A DNA stretch of 64,000 bases from Tubiluchus corallicola (GCA_030141605.1 JAQGDQ010000027.1:558001-622000); one strand, 5' to 3'; shown: positions 36,850-52,629, numbered from the stretch's first letter. Translations and numbers: made by a program. Notes: a model not told the origin generated them from the sequence alone.

Positions 36850-39800
36850 ATTCTAATATTATAAGGAAATAAGAAAGTACAGAATTTGTTTATCAAGATA
36901 TCTAGAGCCTGGTAATACAAAGACTAGCTAATGGTTTCAAAAGAGGCACCGCATCTGCAGGTAGGTAAAACAGGTGTTCGACATGGTTTTTAGATCTTCT
37001 TGAGAAAAGCCAACCCGCTTTCGTGAGTGATAAACGGCTAGTCTACAGTCATCACAGGAGTAATAGGGGCATCTGTTGAAATCCAAGTGTTTTTAAATGT
37101 AATCTAAATGACGGTAAGGATACACTATTACGAATATAGAGAGGAAGAACATTCCATGAATCTGCAGCAGAAACAAAAGATGAATTAGCAAATGAAGACG
37201 AATGATGATTAAAGTTTCAAAAAATCATTACCATTGCGCACTAGATACGGCGTGACATCCCTGACTCTTGATGGTAATATGTCACAAAAATAACGAGGGG
37301 CTGACTGATTGATAATGTTGTACAGAAAACATAAACGAAAATATTTAAACTGTATGGATATTGTATTAAGACCTGCTTAATAAAGTATATTAGAGGAATT
37401 AGAGGAACAATATTGCAAAGGTTATACAATTATTTAGAAAGTCGCCAGTAGAGAGTAGTAATAATTGAGGGTTCTACATCTGAATGGAAACAAATGAGGG
37501 CCGGTGTTCCTCAACGCTCCATTTTAGGACCGTTACTTTTTTAGTATTTATTAGTGACGTTACTGACAACTTGGAAAATATAGTGCACTTTGTTTGCTGA
37601 TTACGCAAGCTTACTCTGTCCAACTACCAATATGCGTTTTAGCGTTGAAAGTTTAAATCGAGATTTAGACAAAATTAAAAACTGGTGTTCTACTTGGGGA
37701 GTTACAATAAATATCCAAAAAATAAAGATTTCCATCAGTACTAAATGGCCTCATATTTGGCAATTCTGAAGTCGAAGTGGTTAATACAGTCAAACATCTA
37801 GGATTAATATTCGATTCCGAGCTTAACTGGAACTTCAATGTTAATTATGTTGAACAAATAGCGAACAAACCTACAAGACAATTGTGTAACAGTTTTTTTC
37901 AAAAAAGCATAAAAATTGGGGACTCTTTGCCCAAAGACATTAGAGAAACATATACTTCCAAAGTTTCGTTCAAAAACAAAATACTTACCCTTTGGAATCT
38001 TCCCACAAAAATATTATGTCCTCGATACAATAATGATCGGGCTAACGAAATATTTACTAATAGATGTATTACAGATTTTTCTCAGTTTAACGGTAACCTT
38101 TTTATTAGAAATTTAATTGACGACCCCAAATGTAGCTGCGGTGATTTTATATAAAGTTCCTACCATTACTTTTTCGAATGTGTAAAATATGATAGAGCTA
38201 GAACGGTATTATTAGACGACCTACTCTACCTAGAGATTGTAACACGTGAATCCTTGCAAAATTATAATCCTGTAGTATTATACAAAAACATATTCGAAAA
38301 ATTCAAAACTGGTCACCCATCTTGCTTTATTATCCATACTTTATTACAGCAGTTTATTAAATCAACTTTTCTCTTCACAATTCAATAGAATGTAATGTTA
38401 AATGATTAATCAGCCATCAACCTTGTAAATGTATTATTATTATTACTGTTGTTGTTAAAATATTGCATTTATATAGACGTGTATGTAAGTTTAATTACCA
38501 TCTGCGGATTGTAATTGAATCAAATATTTTATTGAATCGAGTGTGATAATTATTAACTGCGACGCCATTATTCTTTTATTAGCACTTCGCACTCAGCACT
38601 TGCACTGTGGAGATACATGTATCAAACGCAGTCTGTTTTGTAAATCCACTATAAATAAATAAAGTTTAAACTAAACATAAAGTATATTATCGTGACTGGA
38701 TACAGACGTTGCACCAGTACAAGTATGAGATGTATTTACTTGAATATTTTCAAGGAGTACATGGAGCCACTACTATAGCTAGATCACACAAAATGACACA
38801 GTGTTACCATATGCAATGGCTGGCAATATAATACTTTTAAATAAATGCTCACACGATGAGCGGGGTAGTATGTAAGAGAGTTGTTTCTAAATTTGCAGTT
38901 TTGATTGAGCTGCAACAACTAATTCATTAACATGATAAGCCCATTTTAGGTTTTCATAAATTTTTTGTACAACAGAAATTAATAGATTAATGGTACTATC
39001 GCGTGGCCTGAAATCAGAATTACGTTCAGTTAACAAATTGTTATTATTGTTATTGTAATTATAAAGTTGTTTAAACACATTTCTTTCTAATATTTTGGAG
39101 GTGCAGTAAAGAAAAATATTGATCGATAATTTGACATTTCCTCTCTGTTACCTTTTTGAATGCGGGACATACGTTAGCACGTTTCCACTAAGTAGGAAAA
39201 TGATCATTTTTTAAAGACATAACAAACAATTTTGTTAACGGTAAGGACAGATACTGGGAACAAGATTTTAAGACTTTTAGGTACCGTTGATTGATTACAT
39301 TAGCATTACGAAGTAAAAAAGAAACTATGTCCTCTGACAAATTAACACAAGATAATGATGTATTGGTAACTTGCTGTTACGCAGGTAAAAAGCATTTCTT
39401 GTGCCTAAAATACAGTTACTTGCAAAGAACTCATTAAATGCTAGGCACTTTAACTTTGTAGCAGGTACCATAGTCTGATTAATTCTTAATGGGAGAATAA
39501 CGATGTCTCTATTACATTTACAAAATCTTTTAATACAGTTCCCCAAAGCCCTGGGCGAATTGCGTTACGACACTGTTTATATTTTACCCAGCATCTACGC
39601 TATTCTGACAATTGTAACGCTTATAGGCCTTTTCATTAAACTTTCGCAACTTTCGAACATAACTATTCATCCACAACTTGTCCAGAGGCCGAATAGTTAC
39701 AGTTTAATTTGGGATAAAATTGTCTATGAGTTTTAATAACTGAATAGTAAACTGAGTGCATAGCTGTCAACATTTACAAGAACTATATCCCAGTCAGTAA

Positions 39801-40720
39801 CATTGTTTAATCTAACCCAGTCAACCCTATTATAATAGTAAACTTTCCTTGTATGATCAGAGGCTAGACGTAATTTAAGAAGCAATTTACCATATATCGA
39901 ACTATGGTTAGATGTATGAATAGGAGGCATGGTCGATAACACGGTCGATAACAAAGCTAGGGGTGCCAGTAATAACAAGATCAAGTAATGAACTAGAAGT
40001 GTCAGCGACACCCTTAGGATCGCGTAATAACAGTGACAATTGATACTGGACAGTTACAAATACAATGTACGCCATATCGGTTATCTTCGTCAGAAGAATA
40101 CCATGCCGTACATTTAACACTAAAATCACCAATATGAATTAATATAAATTTTTTGGTAGTTAACTTCCTACTAAGGTGTTAGTTACATTTGTACCTTAGT
40201 TTAATGATCTCTCCCATTTTGATATTTTTATACTTTGTATGTACTTTATTTATTTTTTATTTTATCGTTTTTTTATTGTAAGTAATGTGAATTTTGTCAA
40301 ATGTAAACTGATGTACTTTAATTTGCGACTTCACAGCATAGGCTGGCCTAAGAACTAACATAGCTTACTAGACTGATTATTTATAAAATAATGTATATTT
40401 TATAAATGTTCTTAGTAAATGAAAAAATAGAATTAACGAAGTAATTAAATTATCATGAGATCTCAGCAATTGGGTAAAAAATCATCTTCCTCAGTTACAT
40501 CCTATGACGGACGACGATAGCAACACAAATGAATAAGGTAAATTTATCAATTATAACCTCAAGCCATAGAAATTCGTAAGAGTTATTGGGGATTAAATTA
40601 GAGCGAGGTTTAAAAATAAAGTCATTTAAAGCATAGTAATCAATAACCCCTCCCTTCCAATTCCTCCTCGATTGCAGAGTTCGGGGATTCAATTGACTCA
40701 ACAAGTTTGTGAGTCACTAA
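36850..40720 (-). mobile_element. Decayed CR1-group LINE ORF2 (endonuclease to C-terminus), internally deleted and interrupted
   Basis: GGVIDY...EFLWLEV (40495-40704), SSLLDLVIT...SNHSSI, RKVYYYNRVDW, FRPRDSTINLL, and C-terminal SSFVSAADSWNVLP near 37150-37200. Confidence 0.75.
37345..38670 (+). mobile_element. Second CR1-group LINE fragment inserted in opposite orientation
   Basis: IRGTILQRLYNYLESRQ...AGVPQRSILGPLLF...FAD, KHLGLIFDSELNW, C-terminal CSCG...HYFFEC, AT-rich tail. Confidence 0.8.
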
Positions 40721-43344
40721 TATTGACATTTTTCCTTTGACGCCCAGCAGTTTGGTTGAAAGGTAACAATGTTTCATCTTTCACACAAAATCTTGACATA
40801 ACGCACCTGCAAATTCTTGAGTAAAACAATTAAATTCTTTTTTTGTAATGATTTACTTAACGATTTATGATGGTTTGATAAGAGTGATGCAGTTTCTGGA
40901 ATAATTACCAAATTGCTACTAAACGTGCAAGCATTTTTCATGTTGTTGCTGGTTTGATAACAGATTTTACATTGTAATCGGTGTCAGCGAGCAAGAGTTT
41001 TTGAAACTTGGCCTGGTAAACGGAGCACGCGCAACCCGTGTATTATTCAACTTCAGGTCATGTACGTTCCACATGAAAACAAAGACGATCGGTCAAAGGA
41101 AAGACGTCAGTGTCACAAAAGTGGTCGGCTCAGACGTGGGTTTGTATCTGGACTTAAAATTGTTTAGTTATATAATGTACCGTGGAAAGTATAATTACAC
41201 TGAATTCCAGTGAAAAAAGCTACATGAAAAATGACTGCCGAACCCCGATCCCCTCTTTCTGGGTAGTGTATTCCAGGCACTTTTAAATACATATCCGCGG
41301 TGTAATGGAGAAAACACCAATTAATAACCAAAGACATGACCATATGGTCCATAACGATTTTTTGTAGAAGGAATGAACAAATGACTGGATGATTATCCTG
41401 GGAGATATTTCGATATTTGTGCTTATTAAATACGCCCAAGAGCTCACAATTAACCGCTGTAATACATGTTTTAACAGATTTTGTTTCGGCACTAGAAAAT
41501 ATACTCCAAGCTTAATTATTTTGTAAATCGAAAAGTGAAAGAAACTAATCTCACAAATTTTAATGGCAATTACATATGCTATTATAGCCGCTGGCAATTA
41601 TATGCAGAGAATGTTAGGCTTTTTTGATATAGGTAAACAAGTTTTGATCATATGAAAGTATGATGATTTCCAATACTTAAAACTTGCGTACTTTGAGTTT
41701 TAACACAAGCACTTTGTGCACTTGTGTTAATTTCGCAAATGTTAGTGTTGAATTCTTGATTAATAATAAATAAGTCATAGTAATTTCATGCTGTGCCATC
41801 TCCGTCCGTATGGTTTACCAATTGAGTATCATTTACATGTTGAAATGCTTGTGCTGATTAAGACTCATGTTGAAACATGTTATATTCTTCAAACATTTGT
41901 GCTGATTAAATTCTTTGCCGTACAGCATGTTTAATAATGATTTTGTTGGAAGTTCTAATACAACAAATAACTGCTTAATTTTATTGACCATTTACATTTT
42001 TATTTCTTTGCTTTGCCCGGGGCCCTATGATGCTGTACAGACGGCCCCGAGAATTATTGAACATCGCAGGTAATCATAGTGTCTTGATGTGCACGGGTAA
42101 AGGCTACCTGTAAACATAATTACGTGCTTGTCGTTATAGTAACATCTCCCTTGCCACACTTCGAGTCGCTCTGCAAACACAATGAAATATTACAAACCAT
42201 AATAAAGCCTTCAAAACTCAAACGTGGGAGAATGGAACTATACTTATGTAGGGTATTATAGGGCCTACAGCGGCTTCCTTTGTACGCGATCTGCGTGAAG
42301 CCTTGGTTACGCTTCTTTACTACTCAAGTTTTTGTCCGCTTCGAGAACGTTGTCTCTAAAGCACATTCAAGCACGAATTCTATGGTTTCAATTGCTAAAT
42401 AATAATTGCTGGCAGTAATTGTTGTAAGCTTTCTTTTGACGATGATGTAATAACTGATATTTTCTATCCACTATAACTGACATTTTCATCAATACCTTCT
42501 TTAGAATAGATGTTGTTGTCATAATGATAATAACTTCACCAGAACTAATTATAAAATTCTACATTATAAAACAGAAATTATTTTAGAGAAATATAAACGC
42601 GCATCATTGCAAACCTTTGGTGCAAGATATAAAATTGTACTCACATTGTAATATTTTACAGGTTTCATCATAGTTAAGATCGGATTCTTTAGATAGCAGC
42701 ATTACAACATATTATACGGCATGCTGCAATTATGTTAACATTTTCAGGTAGCAACATTTTTCAAATTTGTCAAACGTTTGAGTTGTGGTGTTAGTTTCAA
42801 TAGATGTAATTGGTTTAATATTTGTCTTAAGCACTGTTTGTGGTGTACTAGTGCGTTGTGTTTTGTGCTGTGAGCCGACCCCCACTCGAGTCCACTCTGG
42901 TACCATGTAAGTCAGAATTTGCTTGTTGATAAAAGTTTATTTTAACAACGGTCTTTAACTTGATGAAAAAACGCATGACAATCCACATGTAACCTATTGA
43001 CCTATAACTACACATTTGATGTTAACATACGCTATTACAATTCTGATTCTCAGAAGAAGTCTTCCAAGACAAGAGAAAATAACGTGTTCCCTCGACAGAA
43101 GCAGAGCAGGAATCTCGCGATTTTTAGGTTTTGTCCAACAAAGAGATACATCGTTCCGTGTTGTGTTGTTATAGTTTCTCGATGACGGAAGTATCACGTT
43201 TAGCGTTTATGTTAAGAGCTAAAAATCATAATTAGTCTCGATTGCGTATTACAGTGGTAATGAACATAAGAGGCGCTAGAATTCAATTCTCTCTCTCTCC
43301 CTTCCTTTCTCCCTCCTTCCAATGTCCCTCCCTCTCTTTCGTTT

Positions 43345-43382
<38 letters not shown>

Positions 43383-44109
43383 GTTCGGGTATAAAATCCC
43401 GTAGCTGATAAAAGGTTTAATTACTTAATCCCTGTCTTCGCTTATATGATATAGGTGATATAAATTGATCAGTAATAAAATTTGTGAGCGCTATGATAAT
43501 CAAAGTTATCAATGTCTACAGGTGAACTTCACAGAGGTGTAATTTACTTTAGCATGCAACTGACAATATACAACGGAAAATCTTTAGCTGACGCAAAATT
43601 GCAATTACAATTTTTAATTATTTAACGTCCTTACAATTCTTCATTAAAATACGTAGGCCTTTAAACGTTTTAAACACAGTTTTTGGCTTGATCTTGCACA
43701 TTATGTTTGCATACTATATTGGACACAATCTCTGTATCAGTTGTAATGAACTGTTTGATTCAAGCCAAATAAACTATGTTTAAAAATGAAAAACACAATC
43801 GTCGGCAATAAACTCTGTTTGAAGGCAGTTGATATTAAAATACGTTATGGCTTTCAAAATTATTGGAAACAGGGTAATGAAAAATATTATATTTTAAACT
43901 TTCTGTCGATGTCATTCTGTGTGTTATCAAGGCTATTAGAATGTAGAGATTATTTTGTACTCATTGAACAAATAAATATTTGCAGAAAACTAGACAGTTA
44001 ACAAATTTGACTATGCCATTTGCACATTTTTAAAAGGACTTGCTTTGAGACCTCTCCTAGCTGGTCCAACTAGTTGCCCAGGGTCTCCCACTGGTTCAGC
44101 TCGTTTAAT

Positions 44110-47100
44110 TTACGTACCAAAATTACGATCAAATGCAGTTAGAAAGGAGTTAATTAACTGCAAATTTGCTCCGGCAAGTTGGTGTGAATATTCTTTTAAC
44201 TTTGCCAGCCTATGCTGCACACATGTTGCAGGATCGCATAACGGTAACTGAAAAGAAAAATTAGCAACAATCAATTTTGTTCCATGTCGAGTTTTGCGCG
44301 TACAGGATGGTACATAAGCTTTTGCTACGACGTACAAAAACAATGAACACTAGAGAACAATTGCATTCAAAGTTTTACGTATTGCTCAAACAATAGTGAA
44401 TCTATAATACTGTAACGTTAACGGCTGCCAAGAGGTTCGATGTTTAAATCTTGATTGACGATAGTTCCATTGTTAGAAAACGACTCCATAAACGATAAAT
44501 GAAGGAATAACTTCCCAGAATTTTTCTCAATACTGGCTGTTTTGTGGAACAGGTGCTTTAGTATAAAATGAATCTCGTTCAGCCTGCAATCTTGAAGGGG
44601 CTGATAAGAACAGTGACCTGAAAACGTTGGGATAAATTTTTCGATTGAACTGAACGGCGTTGGGATTCACTGGACATCAGCCCCGTCAAATAGACTGGAG
44701 CTACCCTGAAAGACGAATGGACGATAAGATGGTAAAAAACGTTGTTTGGAATGTAATATGAATTGTATTATAAAAGACATTTTTGATATATTCGATGTTA
44801 CATACAACACCCTGATTTTTTCAATGCTTGCTACGTAATTTTATTTTCATGATTTTCGTTTTTATTTCATTTCTTAATTATTTTACCAATCTAAACCTTG
44901 TGCATGTTTTAGCACCTGTATGTTTATTTTAATTTTATTATTACTTCATTATACTTTCTGGTATTCGTGTACTGAAGTAAAAATAAAATTGTAATTTCTA
45001 AAAAATATTCAAAGATAAGCTCGTCGGACATTTGCAAGATGTGTTGTACGAACTAGAGTTCTTGGTGTCACTGCTTCAATCATGCCCCTCTAGACTACAG
45101 GCTGTGTGATATGTAAGAGGCTTCCACATTTAATATTGAAAGCATGACAGATTTACTATTGTTTGACGTAATAATTGTTCAGTCCTTTTTGTACCCCCTA
45201 GCATAAGATTATGTACAACTTTGTATATCAAGTGTAGTTAATTTTCTGTTCCTTCTTGTGCAGCTCTGTAAAACGTACAGTTAATGCATGCTGGAAATGT
45301 TATCGAATTTTGCAAGAATACCTCGACACATAAAATTTCCAGGCGCATAAATTACACTAGCAATACAGGCACTGGTAAATGTTGGTTGTTGTGTATGCTG
45401 CCAAATGCAAACAATGTTATTAACATGGTGGATTATTTGACAATGTGCTTTACTGTAAAATGAAGCCCCACTAAACGGCAACTCATAGTCTCATACCAAT
45501 GACTATGGAAAATGAAGCCATAATTTTCCATCTGTCTTTAACCTACATAATTCACTTAGAGTGATGGGCCACAAAAATATCAATTCGCAAATAAGGCTTT
45601 GAAGCTCCCGACTTACTGTATTAACGATAACGACTAAAGATATTTATATACGAGATTAATACGATGGAAGACAGTGGACTGCATAGGAGGTACACGTGTC
45701 GCGATCCCCCAGTAATTGCAATTCTAAGTAAACGCGATCCCCCAGTAATTACAATTCTAAGTAAACTAACATGCTAACCTTTAACATAGGGTTTCCTGAA
45801 TCTCTAATTATAGGTTAACTTTTACACTTATCAGGAGTTCAGTTTCTCTACATTTCAACTTATCTTCGTACAGCTTTCACATATTACGTGCTTAAGTAAT
45901 ATGACTAGTAGCTGATTAGATTAGATTATTTCTTTTTTCGGCAATTAGGTCATAAATGACGCAGCAAGACACGGGATCACAAAAATATGATTATAAAAAA
46001 CATCTAAAATCAAAATTTTTGAAATATGTTGCAAAGGTGGCCAGGTCATTAGCTAACAGATCAGAAAGAGTATAAAGGACTAGACTTTTTGGTTTCTTTT
46101 ATCCGAGGTCTAATTGAAAACACAGTAGTTGAGCACAATCTGTACAGGAAATGAACCCTGATCCATGGCTATAAATATAAAATATAAAGATTTGCTACCT
46201 TCTCTTGTCAGACTATCGTGCCTGATAAGTAAAATAAACTGGATGTTTTCTTTTGAAATCTAGCGATTAACTGGACTGAAAGAATTTTAATTCAAATCCG
46301 CGAGCATAACCGTGTTTATCAGTTGACCATGCCTAGTTTAATGTTGTCGAAGTGCGGTAAAAGCATGTGTTACTCATGTCAGAAACTGTAGACTTTTGTG
46401 CTCATGTGTGACTGATCAGTGTGCTCGGTGTTCGTGATTAATTATCACTAAACTATGCCTTGTCCAGTGCAGTTTACTCGTGTAATTAAGTAGTTTGTCC
46501 ATTTTCACATTTTTGTTCCTATCTCGGGACATTAAACAACCATAGCCTTTTTAACCTTACCATTGCCTGAGCCCTTATACAAGGTGTCTACCTAGCAAGT
46601 TTCGTGATTCTAAGTGCTATTATTACAATTTTATAGTTTTTCAATATTATGACATAAACTCGATATCTAATCAAAGTTGAAATCAGCGTATGAGTTCACC
46701 TTAGGATTAATAAAAACAGAATATGTAAAAGTTCACTGTCATATAAGCAGTACAAAAGTATAGTAGGCACTTACCGTTTTGTACAGCTGATACAACGCTT
46801 GGAAAGCCGGATAGTGGTTTTTACGTCGCACGAAATTTTTTGCGCATCCATGCAAAATACCAAGCCCTTTTTCCATTGCTGACTTACAAACGGAATTAGT
46901 GTCAACTCTGTCTATTATCATATCCCATTCGCATGGCAAAACCATGAACTTTTCTGAAAAAAAGCTCAAGTGAGTTTTCTTTATAGTCTTTGAATGCATA
47001 AACATTTTCTATATTTTCTAGATTCGAAACTAAATAACTTTATCTGTTATCCTTCTCCTACTAATATGTAGAAATTTGATATTGAAAACTTAAAAATTAT

Positions 47101-50100
47101 ATGACTTCTTGCACGCAGTTCTTAAATCCGATCTAAATTAACATGGCGTATATCATACTTGTCATTTTCGATATTTATATATTTGAACTGCTATTCTTAT
47201 GCCAAAAATCAAAGACAAAACTTTCGATGCCCAAGATTCAAGATAGATGAGGCAAATTGATGATGGAATCTTGTCTTTGATTTTTGGCATAAAAATGGCA
47301 GTTAAACCTGAAGTTTAACTTCAGAACAGGTGCAAAACATTGTGAAAATTCCCAATTTTGTGAAAATATCTGAAACGAGATGATCGAGACGACAAAATTA
47401 ATTATGATCTTGGTGGACAGTTAAAGTACGATGTTTGCAATAATATCTTCGATTTTTAAAATTAAGATTAATGTTCCAATGAAACAATTAAAAATAAGAT
47501 TAATAATTTAATAATCCTATCGTCATACACTATCGTCGTTGTTGTCGTAGTCTATCATCATATCATCAACGTCATCGTCGTCATCATCATCATTATCTCA
47601 AAGTCATCATTATCTGCTAATTAATCATTTGATTATTTTTTACAGCTGCTATACAGGCACAATTGATTTCTCTGCCGAAGCATTTCGTGACAGCACAAGT
47701 CTAATGTATGAGTTACATACCAGGGTGGAGATAACCGTAAGCATTTAAAATGCATTGATCGCCAGCCACGGTTAGATTATGGTACTTTTCCAGAAGTACA
47801 ACTGCCTCTTCAGTAAAACTCGTTGCTCGAAGTTTGTTAAGATCCATGAGTAACATACCAGCGTTAAAACCTTAAAGCGAGACAACTGTATTCTTACCAA
47901 AATCAATCTTTAGCAAAAACAAATTGATGTAATGAATGATAAAAATTCTGTAAATAAAGCAATTAAATTATAAGTTTAAGGTTTTCTAGTGCCCTTAGTC
48001 TCAGGATGGTAATACCTGCCACTCTGCCAGGAGTTTTAACTGTCATAGATGGACCTCATCTGTTAGGTTGTAAATTGTCAAAAAAGAATTAAAACTGGTT
48101 TTACACTTTCACATACTATACTCTTAGGTATTTTTACATTACTATGACAAGGTCTAGAAGAAAATGTTTGTCAACTACGTATATAATATTTTTATATTAC
48201 AGCCGATTATAGTACTTCAAATCCATTTAACTATAGTTCATACCATAGTCGTTAAATAGCAGTTTCAGTTTATTTTCTTGAGCGTATCTTCCAGGTTTTT
48301 CGTCATTTGTCATCACAACGCCTAGCATCTGCTTATTGGTCATGTAAGCAAAGTAGTTCCACAGTTGTTCCAGGGGTCTTGTTACAATCATGTCAGAATC
48401 CAAGTACAATATTCTATCGAGGTCTTTTAAAATCTCCTGTAATTCGTACCAATTTTATGACAAGGCGATATATGTGGTGATTAGAAGTTTATTACTGCTT
48501 AGCTAGTTTTTCTACTTAACTAATTTAATTAGTACTAAACTAGTTTCACAAATTAGGAGTGACAAGTCTAAAATTGGCGGTAAAGTATTTCGTTGTGGTT
48601 TCTTTGAGCCTTTCACAAAAACTTATTTTCGATTTTATATTGCAGTAATGACTTTAGCTTATAGTTTACATTCTGTTCTCAATGATCTATATATAATATA
48701 TTATACACAGCTAATGTAATGTGGGGGCGGATCTCACAAGCATGAGCAATCAGCGCACTTATTGTTTGGTAGCGTGTCATACTACTCAGCTATAATACGA
48801 CACAATGCTTGAACACAAAACGTAAAACTAATTTATGATAGGCCAACACTTTAATACTCATTCAATAAACACGAGTTGCCATTCAAAATTCAGTATTCAA
48901 AATTTACAGATAGGAAATTCTCTTGGTCGCAAAAAAGGACAATCTAATAGTTCATGAAGTTTGGTTAATAATAAGTCCATGAAATAAAGCTCCATCCACA
49001 CGAGGCTGTAATGTAGGCTATCAGCACCCTCAGCTGAGTTTTACTTTACCACCAGACCCGTGTCAATCAAAACGAGTATTGTTTAACAAAAGGAAGAAAC
49101 AGGCAGTCGCCTTGTAGTCAATTAAAAGAAACAAGGAATTGTCACTTGCAGTACCAGCATCAATGAAAGAAATCGTCGGCCATACTTATCCATACGACGA
49201 CGAAGGTGGTGGATCTATAAACCGGCTGTTCCATCATAGCTAAGCTGTGGCGTCATAAGGGAGTCGCTCCAGGAAGTGTCCTGCGTTGGTAGACCTGCAG
49301 TTTGGTTATCACGTCAAATGTCACAGTTACTTCGATGTGAACAAATGGTTATACAGAACTGAGCTTGATACTAGAACTGCCCACATTAATAGTTACTAAC
49401 ACGTAGTTAGAACTTTCACCAAGCTCAAGTTGATCGAGTTGTGCCAAGAAGCAAAACAAAAGTTTAAAAAAACTGTTCAGTATTATTTCTGCTAGCAGGT
49501 CACTCTTGCTACGAGCCAAGCCGTACTAAAACACACCTGAGCGAATGACCTCCAAAACACGTTGTCGATTAGCCTGGCTTCAATAATACTATAGCAGGAC
49601 GACCTGTATTCGCACAGCTGTGCGACGAGTTTATCCTTGTTTTGACTTATCCACATAACTAAAGTGTAACAGCAGGTTTTTACAAAGAATAGCTATAAAC
49701 AACAATTTTATACTGTTCAAACTAAACTACTTGTACTCCCGTAAAGTTTACATTAGCCTAAAAATGTCTCATGTTGCGACAGTGTTAAACGGGGTAATAA
49801 TAATAAAATATAATTAGAAATACGTAGATATATGCTAAGCTTGTCCTTACAGCTAAGTGGTCACAATGTGCACTTGATCACCAAAGCTTAGCAACGCTTA
49901 GTCTGATCAGTGAACAGGTGAGTCGGTAAACTGGTCAGGCAACGGTGGGCCGTTTTGGAAGACAGGGCTGTTCCACCTGATAATGCCATCAGCAGCTATT
50001 TATCTACGAGGGACAATGTGTTTATCAGTATCGTGTCTAAGAGGATTCATTGTTCTTGACAATAATACAGATCCAGTTCCTTTACCACATAAGGTTGGTA

Positions 50101-51775
50101 AGACTTCTTGTTATTGCGTACTTAACCCAAGTTTGAAGAAAGCAGCTAAACTGTATAAGACAGAGCACTCGCAGTATTGCAGGCAGACAAAGAAACTGCC
50201 AGAGGAAAACCAGGATAATGAACATTCAGGTAGAGGAATAAATAACTAAATAAATTGGTTAATGATCAGTTTTCTGATTTGAAATACTAACTCAAAAAAG
50301 TTCATACCGGTAGAAACAATCTTACTGCCGAACCTTTTACATACAGATCAACCCAACGCCTGGGCACCAACTTTGTGTTGTAGAAATGGCATGTAACATT
50401 TTTTAAGCTCTGCCACCTTGAAATCTGAAAAGTAGTTTAAATCTATGATGAATATAGTCTCTAGATTTATTAATATACACGAATTTCAACAACAACACTA
50501 CAGCATTTAAACAGAAGTAAAATTAATGTTCATGTACTCCTGGGAGTTGAAGACGTTGACAGCTACAATGATAACAACAAACACGGCATAACAGCAATAA
50601 AAGCAAAAGCAGCTAGAATGACATGGGAGTTTAAGAAGCAATGACAGTAGCAGTATCAGCAACAACGATAGTAAGCCAAAGATTATTTCCATTTGAAAAT
50701 TAAAAATATCTTTTATATAAAGAAACAAAAAGTTACTGTTGCAACAGTATGACATACAAAAACGAGAATGGTAACGAAAACAACAACAACAACAACAATA
50801 ACAACAACAACAACAGCAACAGTGCCACCACCACCACAATCACCAACAAAAACGACAACAGGAATTTAGAAATATTTTTTTAGTTTATGAACTTACTTGT
50901 TGGTCTAGGACTTTTTTCGCTTCATTGCTGTCTACCATGAGATGAAATGCCAGTGGTGTCGACGTCACCATCAGTGCTGTTTTTATTAAATTTATTGCTT
51001 GAGTAACAATCAGTTTTTCAGCGCCAAGCACAGTAACTGCCACATGGATTTTCTCAGGCAAAGACGGACTCTGTGCTTGAAAAAGCAACGTAGATTTCAA
51101 TGCTTTCACTTATTCATTTATTTGACACATAACAAAATCTTACACAATCTCCAATACAAGTGCGCAATCCAAAAGAAACACAATCTCATCACGAAGCAGT
51201 GACAAATTTTGGGAATGAATAGCCCCAGGTGTTTACTGTCTTATTAGTTATTACTTGTCTGTTCATTTGAGCCTTTTCGAACAAATTTTTTCTACAATTA
51301 TTATATACTTTCATATTGTGTCTACACTGTTCAGTGCTAGTTTAAATAAAATGGATTTTAACGCGGCCTTTTTAAATTTTAACTATAATCCTGATTCCAT
51401 TCTGAGGCGTCAGAGAATACTAATTGTAATTAACGGCGCGGTACAAATTTGTATGAATAATAATAATACTGTCTGAAAACGCAGCTGGGTTTCAAATTAA
51501 AATGGTTTTATCAGTAACAATTGCTAATTTCGTTATTATTAATTCTAGTGTCACGCTTTCTTATGTACTTTATAATATTTAATGGAATTTTAATATCGAA
51601 ATTTAGTCCGAAATGAAAGTTCGAGTCGAATTCTAAAATCAATGTAGCTATTACTTACTTGTTCTACAGACATTTGAGAGTTTTGTAAACTGAAGAGTAA
51701 CACAAAAAATGCACTTATAATTAGAAACAAACCAAGTTTTTTCATTTTCTTATTTGTGCGTACACTTTTGCTCAT
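44110..51775 (-). CDS. Glucoside xylosyltransferase-like GT8 glycosyltransferase, copy A (7 exons, about 355 aa, type II membrane protein)
   Basis: Phase-consistent GT-AG exons 51775-51659, 51070-50897, 50424-50308, 48436-48244, 47870-47721, 46953-46775, 44247-44110 (1068 nt). N-terminal TM anchor; IHVAV, RLFLP, LYLDSD (DxD), FNAGMLLMDL, GDQCILN, LPCEW and ILHG motifs as in GXYLT1/2. The last exon LPLCDP... is confirmed by paralogy with copy B. Confidence 0.88.
47186..47303. repeat. Inverted repeat / fold-back (MITE-like) in an intron of GXYLT-like copy A
   Basis: aactgctattcttatgccaaaaatcaaagacaa (47186-47218) versus ttgtctttgatttttggcataaaaatggcagtt (47271-47303). Confidence 0.8.
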
Positions 51776-52629
51776 AAGTGCGTATTCTATGACAGATATT
51801 GTATTTTTAACGAGACGTAAAAATATAAAATAATTTTTGATTATTGCTGCAAACGAATCGATCTTACTGCGTTCCCGGAAGCAACAATTTTAGTTGCTGA
51901 AACGTATCAAACGAGTTAGACGTGTCAGACAAGAATTACTTGCTATCATTATAACAGCATTTACACAAAAATTTTGTTCTTGTTAACATGTTCGCGTTTT
52001 ATTTAAAATAGGTCTCGTACATAGCAACAAGGTTCCAGTAAAAAAATAAATAAAAATGATGACAAAGACAAAAAAGAAAAAGATTGCCAAAAGACTGTTT
52101 GATTTATGTAAGATCTTGCTGAGATTAGAAAAAAATTAAAAAAAGAAGACTTTTGAGGCACCCTGTATATAGGGCAGAAAAACAAGAGGACTGTTACCAT
52201 AATAGTAAAAGAATTTTGTTACTGGGCAACACATCAGCTTGGAATGAAACGCTACAGAATTCTTGATTTTCATATGATATTATTTCATAACTGGATTACA
52301 AAAGATCTCAAATTATCATCAGCACTACGATAATGATAATGATAAGGCATGATAATAATAACGATAATGATAATTTATTTTATTTAGCTTCACACAAAAA
52401 GAAAGCTCAGTAACAAGTAAATGTTTTGCTGTAAATGAAACTGTAACAGAGCTAGGTAATAACTTATTAACAATTATCATTTTTACGCATGTTAAAAAGG
52501 AGGTAAACGAAAGACGGTGTTTCGAAAACGCAACTAGTCTATCACACATAAAAATTTTAATATTTTTTGTTTGTTAGACTCTCAACAATTTTCTTAAAAC
52601 TTAAGATTTCACGTTTTTACATAACATTT

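Noticed and set aside
45700-45766. 2 x 33-bp intronic duplication
   Set aside because: No splice signal or structure evident; ordinary slippage duplication.
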